This document shows, piece after piece, positions 38,836-51,678 of a DNA stretch of 64,000 nucleotides. Made by a program: the position numbers and the translations under genes. Source of the DNA: Marsupella aquatica (Eukaryota > Plantae > Marchantiophyta); assembly GCA_973895155.1 (NCBI GenBank), contig OZ316897.1, positions 1,390,515 through 1,454,514 of the forward strand, given 5' to 3'. The notes under the pieces were generated by a model. That model was given only the letters and a program-made list of their open reading frames with translations, was not told where the DNA came from and did not search any database. How positions within the stretch are numbered: position 1 is the first letter of the stretch; each line of letters opens with the position of its first letter.

Positions 38836-39974
38836 GCATTTCTTAAGCCGTGAGATATGAAGTTAGGAAAGAAGCGTAGGTAATGACTGAACCTACGCCA
38901 AGGGAGGAAAGAGCGATTCAACGGGAGAGAGCTCGTCTGCAGCAGCTCGTCAGGTGGCATGATACACAGCGACTGAGAGGGGCAGAAAGAGCTGGTAGCT
39001 CCGAAGCTGGGAGTGGCGTCGAAAAAGAGATACCAGAAGAAGAGTCGGTAGGAAGAAACGAGTACCCAACCGACATGGGGGAACCCGAGGCACAGCCAGA
39101 CGATAGGCCAGGGACCAGACTGAGCCAACGGTCGCGCATTCATTACAAGGCGTTTCATGGGAGAGGAGATGAGGATCCGGACGAATGGTTGGATGATTTC
39201 GAAGGAACCACTACAGCAAATGGAGAATCGGCCATCAAGATGCAGATTCTTCCCGGCCTGTTCAAGGGTGAGCCTAGGCCTTGGTACAGAGCATTGAATG
39301 TGGAAGATCAAGCCATCTGGAATATCTTCAAAACACTATTTGTTAAGGAGTTTCAACCCATTGGAACTTTAGAGTTAGCAGTGCTGAAGTTGGGACGACT
39401 TCGGTTCAAGGAGAACAGATCCTTCAGGAAGTTCTTGCAACGCTTTCAAAAGTTGGTAAGACGTACAAAGACCAATGCCTCTGAAGGTATGCAACTTCAA
39501 TGGTTAGTGAATGCTTTGCCACAGAAGATGAGTTTTGCAATAAGGAAGGAGAACCCAGAGACTTTAGCCGAGGCAATTAAAGATATTCAATTATACATTA
39601 ATGTAGATATCACAAGCCGGAAGAAACAGCTTAAGTCTGAGAGTTCCTCATCGGAGGAAGGATCACCCCATAAGAAAAAGGATAAGAAAAAGAAACACTC
39701 TAAGAAGTCAAGAAGTGATAACTCAAGCTCGGATAGTGGAGGTAGCAAGAGTGAGTCATCTTCTAGTTCTAAAGAAGACAAAACTAGGAAAAGGAAGGGC
39801 AGAAGAAGAGGGAAGACGAAAGTCAATCTGGAGGCTAAACCACCAGATAACATCGTAGCCCTTACCGAGCAGCTTAAAGCTATAATAGCAGAGGTGAAGC
39901 CGAAGAAGAAGGTAGTGCAGGAGGATAGCTCTGTATGGTGTGCCTTATGTTATAAAACCGGACACCATAAAGAT

Positions 39975-42900
39975 TGTGACGCCACCGGTACGGCGGTTAA
40001 TGAGTGATTCAGTCTAACTGCGCTCGGCACGCGCGTTAGGTGTGTCTTAGGCCACTATTATTAGCATAACGACAGTATTTAGGTAATCATTAGGGGTAGG
40101 ACATCATTAGGCAATAAGGGGGACTTCAGGTTTGGATTGGCGGCGGGTCGCTATTCGCACACCCGGGTTACGAGCGTGGAGGGGCCCCTCCCTCGGGTCC
40201 GTATAACGAACTTAAGGAAGCGGCCACTGACGCACGCTGACTCAGACCGGCGGAGTGGCCGGTACACCACAAGCGTGAGCGGTTCAGCCTATGGGCGTTG
40301 AGGAGATGTCGGGGGATCGACAAGCCCTCAAAGTATAAAAGGGAAGCCAACCCTTTGTAGTGCACCAGTCCATCAGTCCACGCGCCAGCTTCGACCCCAG
40401 CTCTCTCGTTCTCTCTAGGTCGCCACTACTATCTCCTCTGAATGTCGCACACGATCCTCTCCAGCTCGGCCATTCGATTCTGGACGCAGTTCCTATCTAC
40501 CGGAAGGCACTTGGCCGATTCATTGAAACACGCCAACCCGCGCCGATACGAAATCAAATGCGAGTACGAGAGAGCCATCCGCCTAGCAGGACGACACCAC
40601 TACATCCTTAACTTTGACTACCCGTCTCAGAGCAAGCTTTACCGACCAACAGAGGTATCTGGGTACTTCTTCAACGGAGACAAATATATCGGTTTCTGGG
40701 AAGCATTGCTTCGGCTTCCGGACAAGGTCTTCAATATCCCGGGTACAATCGACCTGCAGCGACATCACTTCGACCACATCCCTGCCCAGGTTCGGGCTGT
40801 CATTAACAGCGAGTCCAGTACCAACCGTTTGACAAGGGCGTCCGCACTCGCTTCGGAGAACTTCTACCAGCACCTGCAGAGCTTCATGGGAACTTGGCCA
40901 TCAACCAACATGACCAACTCAGCCGTGCCCGTACCCATACCCGTGCCCATGCAACCCCAGCCTCAACCTCAGGCTCAGCTTCAGCTTCAGCCTCAGCCGC
41001 AGCCTAGCCAAACCCCACCACCTATCGCCCAGCCAGCACAGGTACGCTCCGTCATCAACGCTGTGGATCTTAGCGATGACGACAAAGCTACCCCACCCTT
41101 GACCAAACGGCCCAGAAGAACAAGCGCTCGGGGGGCCGACACTATATCGTCCCCACCCCCTGCTCTGACCCCAGGAGCGGCCCCGGCAGACAACATGGTG
41201 ACCGTGGCCGCCCCGGGCCCGTTACTAACGACAGTGGCACTACCCAAGCCCGATCGGGAGGATGGGGAAGTGTCACCTTCCCCAAGCCAGTCACGGGGAA
41301 AGAAGAGGAAGGAATCCGCCACTGCATCCGGGTTACCGTTGGCCACGGTAGCCGTAGCCAAGGTGACGATGCACCGCATGGGGGAAAACGTTCACAACAA
41401 CATCCTCCATCCTAAGCATGCGGTGTACCTGAAGACTCAGGGATTTGAGCACCTCACCTCTCTCCCCTGGAACACTTGCAGGTACTACGGGGAGGACATG
41501 ACAGAATTCGTCAAGAATTATGACGACGTACGTCAACAGACTCGGCTGCGGGGAAGAAATATGTCCCTCACAGAAGAACGGCTCAAGATGATCTTCGGGT
41601 TACCCGAAGGTGACCATCGAGTCGAATCACGGGCTCCCGGGGGCAAGGGAGCCAAGTACCAATCTTCAAGTTTTCCCTTAGAGGGAGCAGTAGACAACGG
41701 GTTTGTGATAATGACCTGCCTCATGCCCGAGATAGCTGAGCGGCTGGAGTTCCAAAGGTACGCTCTCCACATGATGGAACCCCGGGGGGAGATCTCCGCC
41801 GCCCAGGTTATCCAGGTCGAGAACTATCGACCTAGGAAATGGGCGTCGTACTTCGCTAAGAAATTCCATGAAGAGATGGAGCGGCGAAGGAAGATGCTGT
41901 ACATTGGCGGGAAGGCGTATTTCGCTAGCCACATCAAAATCATTCTTGAATGGTACGCCCGGTTTGATCGACGAACCCTTCCCCGCATCAACGTTACAAA
42001 GCTGGTCCCAGCTAGGTGGGTTTTTCCGGCATTGGAGAGACGGCCCCAACCCAGCGGCCCGAAGTCCAGCGGACACGCCAGCTTCACCCACCCCACCTCC
42101 ACAAGTAGCTGTAGTCGTAACCAAGGAGGCGCCGGATGGGTCGGTTGTCGCAACCGTTGATGCGACCCAACTAGCCGGGCTAAGTACAGAAGTTGGTACG
42201 GCAGAGGTCTTACCCGAGCCCGGGTCTCCCAAGGACCCACCGGTGGCAATTCCGGAGAACCGAACATTGCTGCAGGAGAACACTCCAGCCCCTTCCAACG
42301 TTATGTCCCCAGGGCTGGACGTCACTGCCCCGGCCCCCGCGCGTGTTGATGTTTGCCCGTGCCCAAATCCGGACAGGCACAACTTGGACCACCCGGAACT
42401 CTTCGTGCAGGGTACGTTTCTGAACGGGCTTCTGGGAGATTTCTCTCATCAAATTGCCCGGGATACCGGGGAGTTCATGGCCCGGAAGGTAGCCTGTTTC
42501 TTCAATCAGGAGTTGGTTGCCGTAGTAAAGGCAGGTCGGGCCCAGTCGGAGGCCCTTCAGAGGATAGAGCGGTACCGGGTGGAGTCCGTGTACCTTAAGA
42601 ATGAAGTGGCGGCTCAAGAGGCTGAGCTTCTACAACTACGACCCAAGGTTGCAGCCGCCGATGAGTTGTTAGCAAAGGCGCACGCTCTTACCGCCCTAGC
42701 CGAACAGGCCAAAGCTGGGAACGAGGCCGAGATTACACGACTCCGGAACCAGATTGACAGTTTGAAAAATCAAGCTGTCACCTGGCAGAAAGACCTGGAG
42801 GAGGCCGAGGAACGAGCCCAGCGGGACACGGCGGAGATAGCCACGCTGTAGGCCGAGATGGCGCGGCTCCAAACCGAGGCCGAGAAGCAGGACCAGCTGG

Positions 42901-43973
42901 TGGGTAAACTGACGAGCGACGCCCAGCAGCTGGAGGAGGCATGTTAGGAGGCAGCAGAGGAGACGGACGCAGCGAGGCGAGAGAACGAATCTCTGCTGGA
43001 CCAGGTCCAGCTCCTCAAAGCGGACAATGATAGGCTTCGAAGGCAGCGGGATGGCCGTTCCCATTTGGGCGGCATTAGCGGCAGGGTAGGAATAGATTAG
43101 GATTAGGATTGGCTTAGTCAGGGTCTTGGGACAGGCACCTGCCTTAGGTACAGCAGCGCTGCCATGCTGTCCAGCCTGCGTAGATTAGGATCTCCTAATA
43201 AGACACAGCCGTTTTCCGGCCTGACTGTCTGCTTAGTTAGGACCTTAGTCAGCAAATCTTCGGCGAGAGGACACCCCGTCCCTCGGCTCTTAGTATTTAG
43301 TGCACCCCTCGGTAGAGGCAGGGGGGGTTTTTAGTTTCAGAGTTGGACATCCGCGGTATATACCGGGAGTCCCGACCTCTGGGAATGAAAAAGTACCAAG
43401 GGGGGGGTAGGACTAAGCTCGTCGGGCGAGTGCGGAGCCGGGCTCCGTTGTAGTGTGCACCCTCGGCCTTGAACCTGTTCATTCCAGGGCTGTCGGGTCA
43501 ACTAAGTGTACGCATATGTTCCCTTTGTAGTAAAATCCTTTCCCATCATTTTCCTTCGTGTAAATCGAGATTGTATGCATGTGTGCGCATATGTGTGTGG
43601 GTTTCTCGTATATGGGTGGCAGCGCCAGGCCGAACGCACTACCCGAGACGTGCACAGGGTGCAGCCTACGGATAAGTGGTTGCGAGCACGGGTTGAGGAC
43701 CTGTATCATCGAATCCGGATTGAAGGCGGACAGCACGAAGGCTTAGAAGCCCTTAAGCCGGGGTCGATCCTGCTATCGACTAAGGTACGTTCCGGCGGCG
43801 GAACACAAACCATACCTAGGAGGTGTCCGTATTTAGCAGTATGCGCACTTAGCGCTAGTTTACGAGAATAAGGTGCATTACGTGCTTCCCTTCCTGCCCG
43901 AACCCTCAGATTTACGAGGGATGTGCCCGTCTAAGCTGAAGTCTGAGTTAAGGCCAAAGCCGACGACGTGACA
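39975..43973 (+). mobile_element. Giant solo LTR, family A copy 2 (3999 bp)
   Basis: TGTGACG...CGTGACA termini and TSD AAGAT (39970-39974 / 43974-43978). Confidence 0.9.
40442..43078 (+). pseudogene. LTR-encoded protein, family A copy 2 (frameshift ~42052, CAG>TAG stops at 42849 and 42944)
   Basis: Alignment to 28644-31287. Confidence 0.8.
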
Positions 43974-45597
43974 AAGATGCATGTCCTAAGCTCAATACTA
44001 GTCATGTTCGGCATGTGGCTGAAGTCAGACCATGTCAGGGAGAAGTAGAATATTTTCTAGGAGATGCCGCTGATAGTGTTTTCGGCATCAGTGAGACTGG
44101 AGCACGAGACCTATCCAACCGACCTGCATCTCTCTGGTCTGGATTAAGGAACAATCCAAGAGAGATGTATCCTCGGATTATTCAGAATCCGTCAGTACCT
44201 CCTAGGCCAAATGTGCAAAGATTTGCGGCATGCTATAACTGTGGTCAACCTGGCCATTTTGCTAGAGAATGCCCGAATGCACGCAAACAAGGTGATGGAC
44301 AGCCAGCTCAGCTATGTATGGGATGCCGACAGGAGGGTCACATGCTAGGACAATGTCCTACTTGGTTGGCAGGATTGGCCGCAAATCATAAGCTCTTGCC
44401 GGTCAAGGTCTTGCCGCCAGGTACTACCCCCGGAGGAGTTCAAATCAACCACATCGAGCTTGGATGGCAAGTGGATGCCAAGGCAGAGTTTGGACCATCT
44501 GATGATGAGACCGAGGCCCTATCAACATTTTCAGAAGAGGATATGGATCATGATTGCTACCGGGTCTCTACTCGATCCACCAGAAGGAAGGAAAGATGGG
44601 ATGGGCTGGCCAAAAATAAAGGGAAGGATAAGGAAGAGAAGATTGACTCTTCGTCAACATCAACGGAAGGAGAAGGAAAGGCGCCGGCAACACAGGTAAG
44701 CCATGAGCTCAACAGTGACCCCAATCCTTCACAAGACAGCGATTTCAATTGAGATCACCCAAAGTTGTTCTACCCATCTATCACGGCTAGTGTTAAGGAA
44801 CAGCTGCAAGAATTAGAAACCCTGGAGAACACTGAAGCCATAGCCAAGGATGTGGAACGAGCAAAAGCACTGTTTGCTTCGGAGGATCCAACAGCTGTGG
44901 AAATCAGCGTGAAGCAACAGGCCAAAGTCGAGATAAAGACACTGCCAGAAGAGAAGCCGATAGTTCCCTATGACCTGGCTAAAGATGTGCTAGAATCTAG
45001 AGTCTCGGCAATAGTTGGTCAACTATTGAAAAATAGCCCGTACTTCCGGAAGCAGTTAAGAAAGGCGATTCTTGGCAAATCGAGATTACCCAAAGTAGCA
45101 ACCAGATCCGATGTGCTGATGATAGAAGAAGATCAAGGAGCCCCAGCATTACCATTAATGATTCAAGGAGAATTATTACTTCGGGTACCCATCGATGGAG
45201 GATCAGGGGTATGTATTATGATTGATTCAACAGCAAAGGGGTGGGGTCTAACACCAGAGATGACTGGAAGAGTGTTGAACATGGCCAATGGGTATCAGGT
45301 CATTCCCACGGGAGTATTAACGGGCATCAAGACAGAGATAGGAGGTATCTTTTTTCCTTGAAAGAGAGATCATTTTATAAATTTTGATGTTCCCCCGCGA
45401 AAAACCCCACGGGAAGGGCGAACAAAGAAGGCCCAAAACGGCCAGACAACAGACCCCGCCACAGGGCAGTCCCCACTAGTGTAGGGGCAGACCAAGGGCA
45501 CAGGATCAACAAGCACAAAAAAGCACAGGGAAAAAGAACCGCATCTACCCCCTACTCATCACATGGGCTACGAGTCACATCACAAACAACCAGCCAG

Positions 45598-48500
45598 TCA
45601 CATCCCAGTGATGATGCAACCGCCGCCAAAAGAGAGGCAACCCCTACGTCTCTCATCAATCCAGGTTTTGGCCCTAAGAAGTCTGGTGCATTTCCTACCC
45701 GGAAGAGAACGGCGACTAACCGCATACAGATTCTCAGCCGCCTCAGTAAGAACCAGGCCCAAATCAAATGAGCGTCTGCCATGTAAATGGAACATATGTG
45801 TGTTCCGCCCCATCCAAAGTCGCCATAGAATCTGATGCAAAACAAAAAGTTGTGCAACTTGTTTCTCATCTTTCCCACAAGCAGCCTCCAGCAAGACATT
45901 CAGACCTTGTCCGAATGGCATACCCAATCCACTAAGAAAGGCCTGACATATGCTCCAGCTTCTAACTGCATGTGTACATCTGAAAAAAATATGGGGAATA
46001 GTCTCCAATACCCCGCAGCAAAGTTTGCAGTCTCCATTGCTTACATCGATTCTGAGCGCACGCTCTCCAGAGAAAAGACCCCCTACAATAATCCTCCATA
46101 TAAAGGTCTTGCCTCTGACTGGCAAATCAGAGCTCCATAGCTTGGTCCATCCCACATTCCAAACCAGCTCCGGTTGGGAGAGAGACCAAATCCTGTTCAG
46201 CCTCTCATGAGTAGAGGTTTTGGGTCTCAAAAAATCATATACTCGACAGTTCTCAATCCTGAAGTTCCTCAGACCAACTCCCGCATTGTCACTCCAGCGC
46301 CATTGCTTGGCATACAGGAAGTATTCAGTACAACAGAAATCTGTGCTCCACAGACGCTCCAAGAACGACCTGGCCAACAGCCGATGCTCAGCCGAAATAC
46401 TTCGAATGTTGTGCCATCTCAAAGGAAGGTCCTTCCAGCATCCGTCCTCCGTCGACCATCCATCCCCAACAGTCCTCATTCCCAGTCTGCCACAAATCGC
46501 AGCAATAGTCGTAATTGTCGCATTGGGCAGCGAATTGAAGCCAACCATGCATCTAAGAGTGTCAGAGATGCTCCACCTCGCTGGCGGTCCCATTCGTCCA
46601 GGTTCAAATGAAAGATGAGCCCTAACCAGTTCCCAACTCTTCCACAAACCTGTCGTGTAAGGTAGACCACTAAATGAACGAGGTGAACAGAGTAAGAGCT
46701 GGTCTTGGAAGGAATAGGCATTTCTTCTAATAACCTTATAGTTCATCCATCCCATCAACGATAAGTTTGCTGCCAACATCCGAGACCATTCCAGCTCCGG
46801 GAAGTTAAGTGCCTTAGTGAACCATTGTGAAAGAAGAGCATCAGAGTGGCTGCAAAAATCCCTGAATCCAAGTCCACCCTCCACCCTTGGACGTGCCATC
46901 CTATCCCAAGCCACCAGAGGAATTTTCTTGCCTCCAACCGCATTGTAACCCCATAAAAAGTCTCTGCTGAGAGCAATTACCTTCTTTGCTAATCCAGCAA
47001 AGGCTTTGCAGTACATAACATGATAAATAGGGATAGCAAGCAAGACTTGCTTCACAAGCAGGGAACGTCCGGTGAAAGAGAGTAATTTGTTTGACCATGC
47101 TGACAGCCTAGACCTGATCTTGTCGAGGCAGAACTTGTGGAGTTGCTCCGTAAGCAGCCCCACGCCCAATGGAGCACCAAGGTACTTCTGAATCTCCCCT
47201 CTCCCGCTAATAAGGCAACCTGTTTTTCTTAGCCACTCTGGTACAATCTCCATAGCCAAGGGAATCACCACTGATTTCTCCAAATTCAGCTTCGCACCGG
47301 TGGCTGTCTCATAGCATTCCAGGGCAGTTTTTGTATCCTCAAAATCCTGTTCTGTAGCCGGGATAAACATCCCCATGTCATCCGCAAAGAGTCTATAGCA
47401 GATCTTGAAATCCTCCGTAATCTGCAAACCATTTAATCGTCCTCCTTCCATCTCCGCAGCAAGAAAATCCATGAGTGGCTGAGTGGAAATCACAAACAGC
47501 AGCGGCGACAGGGGGCAGCCCTGTCGAACACCACGCTTCAGCTCAAAGGAGTTAGAGAGGAAGCCATTCACCAGAGCACGAGAAGAAGCCTGTGCCGACA
47601 ACGCTTTTACTAGCATAATAAATCGTCCACTAATCCCTAACAAGTGCATGCAATCCCAAATGTACTCATGACAAACTTTGTCAAACGCCTTTTCAAAATC
47701 AAGCTTCAGGAACAAGGCTTCTCTCTTCCGGTTGTGCACCCAATCACATGTAAGCCAAGCAAGAGAGATGTTCTCCAGAATATGTCGCCCCAGGATAAAT
47801 CCAGTCTGTTGGGGGCTAATGATCCTGTTAAGAATAGGTTTCAACCGCAGCGCAAGGATCTTTGCAATCAGCTTGTAAATCGTGTTTAACATGGTTAATG
47901 GTCTCCAATCTTTTAAAAAGCGCTTATCAGGTTTCTTAGGTATAAATTTAATTATCCCCTCACAAATTCCAGCATCTAGAGCCCCAGAAAGCCAATATTC
48001 CTGAATCATATCCACCAGGTCTTGTCCCAGAAATCCCCAACAAGCTCTGTAGACCTCAGCAGTCAATCCATCTGGGCCAGGGGATTTGTCATTCGGTAGT
48101 AGCCACAACACATCCTTTATCTCTTGGTAGGTTGGTAGCCTGTCCATCTGAAGGATCTCCTCTCCAGAAAGCGCAAATTGAGTATTCCTCAGCAATCTTG
48201 CTCTGGCAGCTCTCCTCACCGCCGTCTCGTCCACTGTAGAGGCAGCAGGTGAGTACAGGTTCACACAAAAATCTTCAACTTCTTTAAGGATTAACCGGGG
48301 GTCCGAGATAGATCTACCGTCCCTCCCGATCAGAGAAGTCATCGCTTCACGAGATCGCTTAGCTTTCACAGTGGCAAAGAAGAATTTAGTCGATTCATCT
48401 CCCTCACCTAACCACTTTATTCTGGCTAGCCTGCGACCCCTGTGAGCTTCCTCTATCTCCGTTGCATGTAGAGTATCTTCTGCCTCCATATAATCTGCAA

Positions 48501-49524
48501 TATCAACTTCTGAGTGAGCTTCTAAAATGGCCAACTTGAGCGAACGAAGTCGTGCCCGAAGAAAAGCCATCTCCACCTCCGCCGTCCTTGGTTTGGCTTG
48601 AATAGTTTTGTATGTGTGGCGCATTTTCCAGCTCCCATTTCGAAAACTTCTGAGAGGCTCTACACAGTCCCCACGTCCCTCCACCCAGGCCTCTTCAAGC
48701 AGTAGCAAATCCTCTCTGCACCGCAAAAGCGCCGGGTTTGCCATAAACAGTCTCACTTTCCCTTTCTCATTCATCTCTTCTTCCCCTGCAAGCTTAACAC
48801 TTAGTAACACAGGGTCGTGATCCGACAGCGCAGAACCTCCCTCATGTAGAAGCTCCACTACCTCATTCAACCACCATCCCATTTCACTTAAGTAGAACCT
48901 GTCGAGCCTAGATTGTACTATCTCCCCATTCTTGTTTCTTCTCCACGTGAAAGGAGGGCCCACTGCACCACCTATGATCTCCCAAGCATCGATCAAATTG
49001 AATCTCATTTTAAAGAATCTCCAGAATTCCGCCTCCCTTCCTCGAATCAATGGTGAATTGCCCGTGGAGTCAGTTCTGCGTTCCGTCATGTTAAAATCAC
49101 CACATACAATCCAGTCATTATGAGGGAGCAAAGTTTTCAGGTCATTCCAAAGTAGAGCCCTTAATCGTGCAGAGTTGGGGGCGTAGATACTAGCAATCCC
49201 AAAACTCCCGGATCCCGCCTCCACCTCCACCCATACCGCCCTGCCCAAGTCCAACACCCCCATTCGCACCACCTTCAGCTCTGGGTGTACCAGTAGCGCG
49301 GTTCCACCCCGTCCATCGTCTGGTGCTGCAGAGAAATGCTGATACGTAGGAAGAATTGCCCTGAGAGCCATGTCGAGTCGAAATTGATCCCCTTTCACTT
49401 CTTGTAATGCTAGAATTCCAAGGGGAGTCTTCAGCGATCTCACCCAATTTTTAACCACATGTTTACGATTTGGCTCACACAGGCCGCAGACATTCCACGA
49501 TGCTAATCTTAAAGTGCCTTCCAT
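45598..49524 (-). CDS. L1 ORF2: AP endonuclease, reverse transcriptase, zf-RVT (1308 aa)
   Basis: Motifs SWNVCGL, LQE, GDFN, SRLDRFY, SDHDPV; KSPGPDG, LDFEKAFD, RQGCPLSP, LFADD; CKLC..ETIPHIFFRC. Confidence 0.97.
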   Translation of the reverse strand: MEGTLRLASWNVCGLCEPNRKHVVKNWVRSLKTPLGILALQEVKGDQFRLDMALRAILPTYQHFSAAPDDGRGGTALLVHPELKVVRMGVLDLGRAVWVEVEAGSGSFGIASIYAPNSARLRALLWNDLKTLLPHNDWIVCGDFNMTERRTDSTGNSPLIRGREAEFWRFFKMRFNLIDAWEIIGGAVGPPFTWRRNKNGEIVQSRLDRFYLSEMGWWLNEVVELLHEGGSALSDHDPVLLSVKLAGEEEMNEKGKVRLFMANPALLRCREDLLLLEEAWVEGRGDCVEPLRSFRNGSWKMRHTYKTIQAKPRTAEVEMAFLRARLRSLKLAILEAHSEVDIADYMEAEDTLHATEIEEAHRGRRLARIKWLGEGDESTKFFFATVKAKRSREAMTSLIGRDGRSISDPRLILKEVEDFCVNLYSPAASTVDETAVRRAARARLLRNTQFALSGEEILQMDRLPTYQEIKDVLWLLPNDKSPGPDGLTAEVYRACWGFLGQDLVDMIQEYWLSGALDAGICEGIIKFIPKKPDKRFLKDWRPLTMLNTIYKLIAKILALRLKPILNRIISPQQTGFILGRHILENISLAWLTCDWVHNRKREALFLKLDFEKAFDKVCHEYIWDCMHLLGISGRFIMLVKALSAQASSRALVNGFLSNSFELKRGVRQGCPLSPLLFVISTQPLMDFLAAEMEGGRLNGLQITEDFKICYRLFADDMGMFIPATEQDFEDTKTALECYETATGAKLNLEKSVVIPLAMEIVPEWLRKTGCLISGRGEIQKYLGAPLGVGLLTEQLHKFCLDKIRSRLSAWSNKLLSFTGRSLLVKQVLLAIPIYHVMYCKAFAGLAKKVIALSRDFLWGYNAVGGKKIPLVAWDRMARPRVEGGLGFRDFCSHSDALLSQWFTKALNFPELEWSRMLAANLSLMGWMNYKVIRRNAYSFQDQLLLCSPRSFSGLPYTTGLWKSWELVRAHLSFEPGRMGPPARWSISDTLRCMVGFNSLPNATITTIAAICGRLGMRTVGDGWSTEDGCWKDLPLRWHNIRSISAEHRLLARSFLERLWSTDFCCTEYFLYAKQWRWSDNAGVGLRNFRIENCRVYDFLRPKTSTHERLNRIWSLSQPELVWNVGWTKLWSSDLPVRGKTFIWRIIVGGLFSGERALRIDVSNGDCKLCCGVLETIPHIFFRCTHAVRSWSICQAFLSGLGMPFGQGLNVLLEAACGKDEKQVAQLFVLHQILWRLWMGRNTHMFHLHGRRSFDLGLVLTEAAENLYAVSRRSLPGRKCTRLLRAKTWIDERRRGCLSFGGGCIITGM

Positions 49525-49584
49525 CCTCCCACTCAGCCTTGCTTAATTCATGGCACAGCACCGCTCCCCTTGGTGACAAGGAGT

Positions 49585-51678
49585 TCACAACCTATTTCTC
49601 CCTCCCGGAGACATCCCCGCTCCCAGGTGTCCCGTGGGTCCACTTATGTATCCACTTAAAGAGCGAGCAGGCGAGACTCTAACTCGCAAAATAGTCTCCA
49701 TCTTCTCCCTACCACGCAGGGCAGACAATTGGCCCACCGTCTCCCCCTCGTTCGAACTCCGAGAAGGAATTCCCTCTCCCTCTGCATCAGACATGAAACC
49801 ACGTGAGAACCTTAGAGATCTTTGCTTCTTTGCTTCTCCTTTGGCTTTCTCAGTCTTATCATTAGGGGGGGTACGCAGCTCTTGCTTCCTAGCTCTGGCC
49901 TTGAATTTACTATGGGAGATATACGCTTCATACTCAGACATCTCAGCATCCGATTCCTCATGAAAGGAGAAGGTCTCGTCTCCTCCAGCACACAGATTGG
50001 AAGTAGGGGTACATCCTGCCATCCCGATCGGAGCCACAGTGAGGGAAAGAGCCGGCCCAAAGCAGGGCGCATTCGCGTCCAAAGGAGGGTCCCTGTCAAA
50101 CTCATTCCTCAGCATATCAGATGGGTGATCCAATCTAATCATTTCAGACTGTAACGCAGCTATCTCCGTAGGGGGGCACAAGTCACTTACACCCACATCC
50201 ACGTTTGTAGTGATGCTCAAAGGGTCCTTGTCTACTTGCTGCACCGTGTCCTTGTCACGAGCCACTGTCTCTAAGGGCACAGGATTAAGCAATAACTCCA
50301 CCTGCTCGCTATCATCTTCAACCGATACAGTCACCGGCCTTGGTGGGGGCACCTTAGCAGCACGAAACAACGCTCTAGCCTCAGTATTAGCCTCTGCTCT
50401 TCGGATTTCCTCGGGGTCAGCCTCCGAGTGGCGCTCATCGTCCTTCTCTTCTGGTGGGTCAACTTCCTTATGAGTCTTATCTGCCGTCTCTAAATTCTCT
50501 TGGCAGTTGCGCGCCAGGTGTCCTCTTTGGTTGCACCTAAAGCAATGATAAGGAATGTTTTTAAATGTCACTGGTTGCCAGATTACAATGTCAGCTCTGA
50601 TTCGAATCCTTACACTAGCCGGTACTTCCCGATCCATATCCCAGAGGATACAAGCTTGGTCGTGGGGGTACGAGCTAAATTCATTTCCCTGAATGTAATA
50701 TAGAAGGGTGCCCAGCGAGCTCGCGATTCTTCTTCTACATCCTTCTAAGGCAAGGTCTCGAAAGGGAATCTCGATCCAAACAGGAAGCTTAGTGAAGCTC
50801 TCACACTTCACATCGAATGTAGGATCCCAAGGGAAGGTGTAGACAAAGCGACGCTCCATAAACCAAGGCGCAAAGCTGAGCGCCAGGTCCCTGTGATCAG
50901 GGTTCTCAAACACAACCATGTAAAAATTCTTCCCGACAAATTTGACTTGTAAAATAGGCCAGTTCCCCTGACTCATCATCATGTCCTCCACCCAGGCCCT
51001 GAATTCTGAAAGGAGAGGCGTTCTACCCGTGAAATAGCAAATCAGAGCACAATTGTATAGTTGTCTCACATTTCTTGCAGCCTCTGGAAAATTCCATTCT
51101 ACATCCGCGTATAACTTCTTATCAAGATTGCCCTTCGATCTGAGGGCAATGTTTCGTAGGATTCTAATACATTCTTCTGATTCATCCTCCTCAGGAGCAA
51201 ACTTCTTCACTCCAGCATCATCTCTTGGCCGCTCCCTATCCTCCAGTGTCTCCCCCGCTCCAGCATCACAGCTATTCCGCCCAGTGTCCAAGTCCGTCCG
51301 AGTTCCCCCCAGCCCATTCACGGTACTTGGTAAGTCAATGTCCATCCCTGAGTAAGATCCAGATTGCGCCCCCGTACGAATCCCTCCACCTCCCTTATCA
51401 TTGTGCCGGATAGCTGCAATGCCAATCAAGGAAGTGCCTCTCAGGTCATTTCCTACTGAACGCGCATCTTGCGCTGAGAAGATCCTCTCAGACTCCCTGT
51501 TTTCCCCCTGCAGATCAGTCGCGCACCCATTCACAGCTCCATTAGCCGTTCCGTTCCCATTGCCATCGCTAATTGTCTCCGGGAGAGCCATAGTCACACG
51601 GGCAGCACGACTTCCCTCAGGGCGGCCTCCCCTGGCATTCCTCCGTCCCGAAGGTCCATAGTAATCAATGTCTCCCAT
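49585..51678 (-). CDS. L1 ORF1: DUF4283/RRM-like domain + CCHC knuckle (697 aa)
   Basis: GKNFYMVVF..APWFM..PWDP..LPVWIEIP and CFRCNQRGHLARNC. Confidence 0.92.
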   Translation of the reverse strand: MGDIDYYGPSGRRNARGGRPEGSRAARVTMALPETISDGNGNGTANGAVNGCATDLQGENRESERIFSAQDARSVGNDLRGTSLIGIAAIRHNDKGGGGIRTGAQSGSYSGMDIDLPSTVNGLGGTRTDLDTGRNSCDAGAGETLEDRERPRDDAGVKKFAPEEDESEECIRILRNIALRSKGNLDKKLYADVEWNFPEAARNVRQLYNCALICYFTGRTPLLSEFRAWVEDMMMSQGNWPILQVKFVGKNFYMVVFENPDHRDLALSFAPWFMERRFVYTFPWDPTFDVKCESFTKLPVWIEIPFRDLALEGCRRRIASSLGTLLYYIQGNEFSSYPHDQACILWDMDREVPASVRIRIRADIVIWQPVTFKNIPYHCFRCNQRGHLARNCQENLETADKTHKEVDPPEEKDDERHSEADPEEIRRAEANTEARALFRAAKVPPPRPVTVSVEDDSEQVELLLNPVPLETVARDKDTVQQVDKDPLSITTNVDVGVSDLCPPTEIAALQSEMIRLDHPSDMLRNEFDRDPPLDANAPCFGPALSLTVAPIGMAGCTPTSNLCAGGDETFSFHEESDAEMSEYEAYISHSKFKARARKQELRTPPNDKTEKAKGEAKKQRSLRFSRGFMSDAEGEGIPSRSSNEGETVGQLSALRGREKMETILRVRVSPARSLSGYISGPTGHLGAGMSPGGRNRL

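Larger units (their letters stand above)
38883..45355 (+). pseudogene. gag: gag and aspartic protease of element B (split by solo LTR A2, cut by L1)
   Basis: FHGRGDEDPDEWL capsid motif. Zn knuckle CALCYKTGHHKD|ACP restored across the A2 TSD. Further knuckles CYNCGQPGHFAREC and CMGCRQEGHMLGQC. Protease motif PIDGGSG. Confidence 0.88.
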